From a virus (taxonomy: Duplodnaviria; Caudoviricetes): a stretch of DNA of 64,000 bases. A program made the translations under genes and the position numbers. Positions 11,301 through 16,700 of the stretch are shown in pieces. The DNA lies in the IMG/VR virus record IMGVR_UViG_3300043391_000370, positions 1-64,000 of that record; one strand, given 5' to 3'. Within the stretch, counting starts at the first letter, position 1. Each line of letters opens with the position of its first letter. Below the pieces are notes generated by a model. That model saw only the letters and a program-made list of their open reading frames with translations, did not search any database and was not told where the DNA came from.

Positions 11301-11337
11301 CGGTGTTCTTAATGAAATTATCTAACTTGTTAAGCAC
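5362..11337 (-). CDS. Large tail fibre/tailspike-like protein (1991 aa) with C-terminal phage tail-collar domain
   Basis: N-terminal YVSPSDLDSTD...PFKTLQRAL beta-helix-type start; C-terminal PVGAVFHFAASTAPTGYLKANG...PDLRGQFIR...ETRPRNIALLACIKY collar signature. Confidence 0.85.
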   Translation of the reverse strand: MLNKLDNFIKNTEGRILYVSPSDLDSTDSITNQGNSLAQPFKTLQRALLEAARFSYQLGNSNDDVEKTTILLMPGQHTIDNRPGFAVYDNGSEARAVAPGGSESSASSTLSLKLDSNFDLTQSDNILYKFNSVNGGVVVPRGTSVVGLDLRKTKLRPKYVPNPTDSNVTNSAIFRITGASYFWQFCLFDGSTQGTVYTDPVDFSVNNQSIPTFSHHKLTCFEYADGVNEVGSYGLTDLDMYYAKLSNAFNEASGREIDQKYPTNSLGFEKQRPEWEIVGAFAADPIEIDNIESGSGGTASNQVTVKTAVPHELSAGTPIKIKGVSPEDYNISTVVQSISDNDPTIFTYLLPTFRPNLPTPGSASNATVTIETDTVSGASPYIFNISLRSVYGMNGMHADGSKASGFRSMVVAQFTGVSLQKDDRAFVKYNKTSRVYEGLSTTKVAGATLSSQSSSTSLGTAYHLEPTAIYRNGWESSHIKGSNDSFIQIVSVFAIGFNKHFDSQTGADFSITNSNSNFGQISLSASGFKKEAFEKDNKAFITSIITPRAIVEEEDNIDWTSLDVGVTTFVANNSRLYLYGYNSLDDVPPILTQGYRIGAQVNDKLYFKTESGVEYSANILMSDGVTSSVKQYTASAPSSNSFTIGANTLDTGEKVIILSDDGDLPENIVENTVYYTIDNGDNDKIKLASSASNATTGIGISVSGGTNLKILSRVSDKVAGDIGHPVQYDGSQWYIKTNANSSIYTALSTLGVAGIGTDRTEPSYVKRIADTRSLDEKIYKIRVVIPKESANAKNPENGFIIQESSTGAIDIDFTKSTLTSDDYEYKRNPRFISTCSYNSPNVTVISELPHNLQVGDGIIVKNVTDTSSSGTSYNGTFTVASIVNATSFTYTTNVTPGSFTNDITVRTTSLPRFERNDLKSNLYVYRNEVISEYIEDVQDGIYHIYALTADKAVPTEFTNLKYSQNIVDLYPQLDRDNINDNPTSAKSFAKRSFIGEVVTNDLKKSITKESTDTLLTSFGVGLGISAVSSSTSSATISFSRDHGFAGIVTYSSLTPGATYTNGLYQNVRLFNNAALTDWRGATATVLIAGGVESADIVSSGSAYSDGNVLYFDSSVVGGNGSARFNVSTSGITTAIGNVVQFTGAGTTSDGYYRITSVSAKNQIAIAKTAGDPVITTSQYALVVGTSIQISSSPYTSGTTTFNCSAPHGLVAGNRFRVIDSNNNNLGDYIVSARVGINTFTAVTNKTISATGGYILKHGLSANDAISDSSDENLAVRSVSLFDRETLTVVSFPSATQIRVSSPVGAAATTKRFPIGSYIQINDEIMRVASSTLGGTFNDELTVIRGSLATRQNNHEDGSRIIKIKPIAIEFRRPSIARASGHTFEYLGYGPGNYSTGLPQVQVTNLTEREEFLVQSQERSGGVVVYTGMNNNGDVFNGNTKTSSSSGQIVSFDIPKPTVTGEDPNRLSVVFDEVTIKERLVVEGGNSNKVLSQFNGPVTFNKEVKIKDATNITGQLKLTNPAQSTTTATGALVVSGGAAIVKNLNVGGTLNVTGATTLSSTLGVTGALNLTGNLNINTNKFNVTASNGNTTIDGSLTVNSGIGITALKFVKSGATATNFLKAGGTDAALTGTEVINALGYTPANTASISGTFPLGNSLICDQLAFNGVLTDFTLTINSNAFIPAGGSANLIVSLGGVIQRPGTDFEIVQSPPGTNTSTIRFTTAPASGTSHFIVALGGQGSLISNIDWNTKGQILVATADNSAIQLNVTGNDGYILTEDSTASTGVAWKNNINISGTITGSSLNTDTGSITGGTITGTSLSTGIGSITGGTITGTSFSGNGIVPVGAVFHFAASTAPTGYLKANGNTVPNGVGTVQGVTADFSALYAILSTTYGVAGQLPDLRGQFIRSWADDGTTYDAARPFGQTQADDFKSHTHTLDTRDSTANDGTGAGNNQEFAGWDGGSDRGAVDTQSRGGTETRPRNIALLACIKY

Positions 11338-11381
11338 TGGATTTTTACCCCTACAACTATCTGTCTTATATGCTTTATTTA

Positions 11382-11687
11382 TTAAGTTAAATTTTCCTCA
11401 TTAAATTCCATAATGTCTTCTGGTAGGTCTTGTGGATTCTCTAAATCCATCTCAAATAATAGTGGATGTGCTTCTTCGTCTATAAGATAGAATGAGTTCT
11501 TAAATAAATCATCTGGTTCATATGCACGATACTTATCTGCCGTTCTACAGAGGTCTTGGTCGTATAAGTGCCCGTCATGTAATTCATCGAAGGTAAATGG
11601 AATCTCGTTGATGAAGTACATTTTCACAATCATACTTCCGTTATTATACCAACAGTATGACTGACTTATTTTATACTTGAAAGACAT
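11382..11687 (-). CDS. Hypothetical acidic cyanophage protein
   Basis: 101-aa ORF with typical phage composition and position. Confidence 0.7.
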   Translation of the reverse strand: MSFKYKISQSYCWYNNGSMIVKMYFINEIPFTFDELHDGHLYDQDLCRTADKYRAYEPDDLFKNSFYLIDEEAHPLLFEMDLENPQDLPEDIMEFNEENLT

Positions 11688-11718
11688 TTGAGTATCTCAA
11701 TATCTTATATTTATTTTA

Positions 11719-11793
11719 TAGCGGTGATGAGATTCGAACTCATACTGTCGAAATTTTAAGTTTCGTGCCTGCTGCCAGTTGGGCTACACCGCC
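11719..11793 (-). tRNA. trnL: tRNA-Leu(UAA), short variable loop
   Basis: Acceptor GGCGGTG/CACCGCT, discriminator A; anticodon arm CGAAA-CTTAAAA-TTTCG; T-arm ATGAG-TTCGAAT-CTCAT. Confidence 0.9.
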
Positions 11794-11802
11794 AATAAGA
11801 CT

Positions 11803-11831
11803 ATTATAACTCATAGAGTCCTAATAGTCAA
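11803..11831 (-). promoter_or_regulatory. Sigma70-like promoter for tRNA-Leu
   Basis: TTGACT(11826-11831)-17 nt-TATAAT(11803-11808), ending 10 nt upstream of the tRNA. Confidence 0.75.
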
Positions 11832-11832
11832 G

Positions 11833-11904
11833 TGCTCGTTGTCGGTTCTGCCCCGACCTTCTATCGTTTATGAGACGATTGCATTCCTAGATTGCTAAAC
11901 GAGC
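11833..11904 (-). tRNA. tRNA with CAU anticodon (Met or Ile2; identity uncertain), atypical T-loop
   Basis: Acceptor GCTCGTT/AACGAGC plus A; anticodon arm ATCGT-CTCATAA-ACGAT; T-arm GTCGG-GGCAGAA-CCGAC. Confidence 0.75.
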
Positions 11905-11907
11905 AGA

Positions 11908-11995
11908 TACTCGTGGATGGTTACGATCCATCTCAAAGGCCCTGATCTGGGGCAAAGAGTTTATAAGACTCCCCTGACTACCAAGTCTCACGAGC
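11908..11995 (-). tRNA. tRNA-Ile(UAU)-like with long variable arm
   Basis: Acceptor GCTCGTG/CACGAGT plus A; anticodon arm GGAGT-CTTATAA-ACTCT; ~23-nt variable region with GCCC/GGGC stem; T-arm GATGG-ATCGTAA-CCATC. Confidence 0.7.
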
Positions 11996-12043
11996 ATAAA
12001 AGTTGCCTTGAAGCAACATATAAGACCTATAAGTTGCCTTGAC

Positions 12044-12226
12044 TTAACAACCTTCTTCGTGGTCGGTGTGTATTCGTATGAGGTCGTCTGCTTCTTTGTA
12101 TTGACTATAAGGAATCATCATAGCATCTCCGTGTTCGCTAGTAATAATAAAGGACTCTCCATTTTCCACCCTTTCTAGTAGATTATCAAAGTCTGCTTGA
12201 AATTCTTCCACGGTAAAAACTTCCAT
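12044..12226 (-). CDS. Phd/YefM-like (prevent-host-death) antitoxin-fold small protein
   Basis: TVEEFQADFDNLLERVENGESFIITSEHGDAMMIPY matches the Phd/YefM pattern (helix, GE-x-I-I-T, G-x-A-x-x-x-P); acidic C-terminus. Confidence 0.6.
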   Translation of the reverse strand: MEVFTVEEFQADFDNLLERVENGESFIITSEHGDAMMIPYSQYKEADDLIRIHTDHEEGC

Positions 12227-12229
12227 TTC

Positions 12230-12415
12230 TCAAAGAGGATCAGTATATGCAAGGCAATCTTCACTTACTTGACTGCGAACAACTTCTAATACATTCATAA
12301 ACTGGTCAACCGTTTCACACTCTACAGTTTTCTCTCCACCGTTACTAGAATAAAGATAGAACTTACGAGCAAGAGTATCGACAACACAGCGGGTCAGGGT
12401 CTCTTCGACAGGCAT
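12230..12415 (-). CDS. Hypothetical cyanophage protein
   Basis: 61-aa ORF directly downstream of the promoter at 12442-12471. Confidence 0.7.
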   Translation of the reverse strand: MPVEETLTRCVVDTLARKFYLYSSNGGEKTVECETVDQFMNVLEVVRSQVSEDCLAYTDPL

Positions 12416-12441
12416 CAGGCATTTCGTTTGATTACCTGAGT

Positions 12442-12471
12442 ATTATAGGGCATTCTGGGGCGGCGTGTCAA
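12442..12471 (-). promoter_or_regulatory. Sigma70-like promoter for the small-gene/tRNA operon
   Basis: TTGACA(12466-12471)-18 nt-TATAAT(12442-12447). Confidence 0.7.
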
Positions 12472-13064
12472 GCACTTTGATCGGTCACATAATACCAGGT
12501 AACTGCGACTCTTTTTTTTCCACTCAAAACCTTTTGCCCGGAATGAGGAAAGCACCAATTTGATGGGAAAAATAATCCATATCCCGGAGAAGGTTTATAT
12601 GTTTGATGAGGAAATTCTGTGCCTCCACCATCAAATTCATCATTTAGATATAAAACAATACTTATGATTCTATGATATTCTTTGGAATTTGGATCATTTG
12701 AAACATCGTGATGAAACTTATATTCTTGATTTGAAGAATATTCTAAAACCTGAATTGATTCTCGGTGACAAGTAGTAGAATATCCAGCAGGGACAGGATA
12801 ATATTGAAACATAGAATTAATAGGAATAACTCTTTCTTTATAAACTAAGAGAGATTTATTTATCCTATCGTGCAAAAGTTTAGTTGCAATATGCTCTTCA
12901 TTTAATGTAGACCCAAGACTTGATCTTACTGAGGTATCAATTCTAGATTCCCCATTTGAATCAAAAACAGTATTTTCTTGAAAAATTAAAGTGTCAACAT
13001 AATCGTTGATAATTTTTAATTCTTCTTCATTTAAAATTTTAATGTTTTGAATAAGTTCGTTCAT
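12468..13064 (-). CDS. 2OG-Fe(II) oxygenase, prolyl-4-hydroxylase-like
   Basis: HxD motif (FHHD), ISIVLYLNDEFDGGGTEF, distal His (FPH) and R (KKRVAVTW). Confidence 0.9.
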   Translation of the reverse strand: MNELIQNIKILNEEELKIINDYVDTLIFQENTVFDSNGESRIDTSVRSSLGSTLNEEHIATKLLHDRINKSLLVYKERVIPINSMFQYYPVPAGYSTTCHRESIQVLEYSSNQEYKFHHDVSNDPNSKEYHRIISIVLYLNDEFDGGGTEFPHQTYKPSPGYGLFFPSNWCFPHSGQKVLSGKKRVAVTWYYVTDQSA

Positions 13065-13087
13065 GATATTTAATAATGGTTAAATTA

Positions 13088-13726
13088 TCAATTTAATGCA
13101 ATTACTTGCACACCAAAGTCAATAGCATCATCTGTACCTTCTAGCATATTAATCCAAGAAGAATTGCCAAAATTTTGATAATACTTTTCCCAAACCCCAC
13201 CTTGCTTTATATATGCATTAGTAACCTCTCTCCAAGTTCCCGATTGCTTTACAAATATATTACCAGCATTTTTCCAAGATCCACTCTGTTTTACACCTAC
13301 AGATATTGGATTTGAAATATAACCACTACCCGGATAAGCAAAATCTCCCCAAGTTAATGATGCCCCACCAAGATAAAATTGTGTTCCTGGTCCAGAAGAT
13401 GTAAAGGACAAAAGATAATCTCTTGTTCCAGACCCAGAATAAGCATAAATTGTTTCTGCTCCAGGAAATCTAATGTTATCCATGTCATCATCTAATATTC
13501 CATCAGAAGGAACTGGATTTGCATTAGAACTGTAGTAAGTAAATCCACCCAAAGGAGCACCCTCACCACCATCACCAAATGGTTTTGATACCACCACACC
13601 TCCACCAACGCTGAAAGTATAAGTATTGCCAGCCTGAGATACTGCAGCAAATAAAATATTAGTTGTAGAATCAGTCAATCTTAAATAATAATTTCCATCA
13701 TTTTTTTTAATAAAAGTAGCTGCCAT
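13088..13726 (-). CDS. Tail-fibre-associated protein with VKQSGxW repeats
   Basis: Three C-terminal (V/I)KQxGxW units; directly follows the 1951-aa fibre gene. Confidence 0.65.
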   Translation of the reverse strand: MAATFIKKNDGNYYLRLTDSTTNILFAAVSQAGNTYTFSVGGGVVVSKPFGDGGEGAPLGGFTYYSSNANPVPSDGILDDDMDNIRFPGAETIYAYSGSGTRDYLLSFTSSGPGTQFYLGGASLTWGDFAYPGSGYISNPISVGVKQSGSWKNAGNIFVKQSGTWREVTNAYIKQGGVWEKYYQNFGNSSWINMLEGTDDAIDFGVQVIALN

Positions 13727-13730
13727 AATT

Positions 13731-16700
13731 TTATGTTATTTGATACCAAACATCTCCATCATATCCTTCGGTAGTTGGAGTATATGTCTGTATGTATCTG
13801 GTTCCATAAGAATTGCTATTTGATGCAATCGATATTGTAGCACCGCTAGTAGTTATTGGATTCGTACCCGTATATCCAGTTTGAGTTACAGTTATATTAG
13901 TAATTCCAGGAGGACCAGTAACACTTGGACCAGGAGGACCAGGAACAGTACTAGGAGTTCCGGGAGGACCAGTAACACTTGGACCAGGAGGACCAGGAGG
14001 ACCAGTAACACTAGGACCAGGAGGACCAGTAACACTAGGACCAGGAGGACCAGGAGGACCAGTAACACTAGGACCAGGAGGACCAGGAGGACCAGTAACA
14101 CTGGGACCAGGAGGACCAGTAACACTGGGACCCGGAGGACCAGGAGGACCAGTAACACTAGGACCAGGAGGACCAGGAGGACCAGTAACACTGGGACCAG
14201 GAGGACCAGGAGGACCAGTAACACTAGGACCAGGAGGACCAGGAGGACCAGTAACACTGGGACCAGGAGGACCAGTAACACTGGGACCAGGAGGACCAGT
14301 AACACTAGGACCAGGAGGACCAACCTGTTGAACGAAGGTTATTGTTGTTTCATTTCCAGAAGCAGTGGCAGTAACACCATCACCAACAAAAGCAATTGTA
14401 TTAATTGCACCTGGAGTTCCCACAACAGTAGTTTCTTCTTTAATCGTAATTCCACCAACAACTCCAGTACCGGCAGATGTTCCCAATGCCATTGTTCCAC
14501 GACTTGGGAAATAATACTTACCATCATCACCATTACGAATGCAAATTAATACCCAATTATAAGGAATATCCAAATTAGATGTATAAGAAGCAACTCTAAA
14601 ATTATCTGCTAATGATGTACTTGGAGATCCAAGTGGAAGAATATAATAAAGTGCCTGCCATGCTGATAATGGAATTCCGTCAGATGTTGCAGTTACATTT
14701 CCTGCACCACCAACTCCAGTAATAGTTCCAGATAATGGGCAGGAAATAGAAAAATGACCATCAGTAGAAAAATTAGTTCCGTTACCATTTGAAATAACAA
14801 TAAATCTAGTATCCCATTTAATATATCCAGATGCATTTGCAGTAATAGTACCTCCACCATTAATGTTTACATTTGCTCTTAGGGATTCTGATAAAGTAAC
14901 AGAATTGGTAGAAATATTTCCAGTAGTTCCAGAACCATACCAAATGCTTTGTCTATTTGAAGCATTGCCTTTATAAAGATCTCCACCAGGATTTAAATAT
15001 AATGATGCTTTTGGCTCCAGTGCCATATTATCACTGACCCCACCTTCACCATCATTTTCAGTACCTATTCGAAGGCAACCATTTTCTCCACTATCTGTTA
15101 TTCTATAAGTATCATTATCATTATCCCAAATAATATATCCATAATCTGCCCCACCAGTATCTGTGCCACCAAAAGATTCTTCTTTACCGAAGAACATAGT
15201 TTTGGTCGCATCAAGTTCTATATTATCCTTAAATCTAACAGTACTATCAAATGTTGAGATTCCAGTAACATTTAAATTTGAAGTAAAAGGTCCATTAAAT
15301 GCTGCTGCATAAACAGTTCCTGGAAATCTTGTATCACCAGCATTATCCAAAAGACTTGCTGTTCTTTGTAGAGTTGAGAACTCACCAGTATATTGTCTTA
15401 CATAAATCGGTTCTGTAGCATTATCACTAGTTGCTATTTCTACAAATCCTTCATCAGTTGCAGTACCACCAACAAGAATTCTAAAGAAATCATTATTTGC
15501 CATATTACCACGAATTAATTCAGTGGTAGATGTACCAGTCAGCATTGTATTGGTTAAACGACCAATAAAATCACCTTTAGGAGTTACATTCCCACTAGCA
15601 TCTACTCTAAGTGTTGTAGTAAGACCAACAGTTCCTCCAGTAACATTAGATGCACTTAATGTAGAATCTGCAAAGTAAAATCCACCAGCACCAGCACCTC
15701 TTTGATTTATTAACCAAGTTGCTCCATCACCATTAGTCCTATTCCAATGAATATAAGAACCTTGCGTATCAATGGTGGTATATGGTGAAGTAGTTCTTGG
15801 ACTTAATATAGTTGCCTTATCAGCACTAGCAACATTAAATCCTGTAGTTACATCAACCCAAGAAGGAACATTACCAACTCCATTGGATTTGAGAATTGTT
15901 CCAGATCCACCATTTGCTAAGAACGTAGTATTACTAGGAGAAGATTGATAAGGAATATTACCAATATCACCACCTTTAAGATTAGTAGAGATTCCAGCAT
16001 TATCGGCATAAGTTGCTATGCCTGCCTTAGTAGCATAGGTGGCAATACCAGCATTGGTTGCATAGGTGGCAATACCAGCATTATCTGCATAAAATGCCGT
16101 ATTGGCATTACCGGTAACAGCACCTACAAATTCATTGGCATATACTTTACGCCAATACTTTAATGTACCACCTAAATCCTTACCATTAGCATCTATACCA
16201 GATGATGAATTAGTAGAAGGTAATAAATTGCCCGAAATTGTTAATGCCCCGGCAGTAAAGTTATCAAGTCTTACATCATAATCTTGAGCAATAGTTCGTT
16301 TAAAATCAATATAACCACCAGTATCACCAGCTCTGTATAATTCAATATTTCCATCACTACCAACAATAACTTGACTTCCTCCAACATTTGTAACAAAATA
16401 ACTAGCGGTAGTTACACCAATTACAATTAATTGATCATCAATAGTTGTTGTACCACCAAAGGAATCAATAGTTAGATTACCCGATGTAGTATCAATTTCA
16501 TTATTATCAGTAATTCCTATTTGAATATTATCAATATAAGCACCACCATTAGCATCAATAACTCCAGTAAAGGTACTAAATCCAGTAACTTGAAGATCTC
16601 TAGTTGTAGTTAATCCAGAAACACCTAAGTTTCCTGCCGTCAATAAATCTGTAGAGGGATTATAAGTAATACCAGCATCAGTATAAAGAAACTCATTACC

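Noticed and set aside
13881-14549. Arg/Thr-rich (+) and Val/Leu-rich (-) ORFs
   Set aside because: Alternative-frame readings of the GPP tandem repeat.
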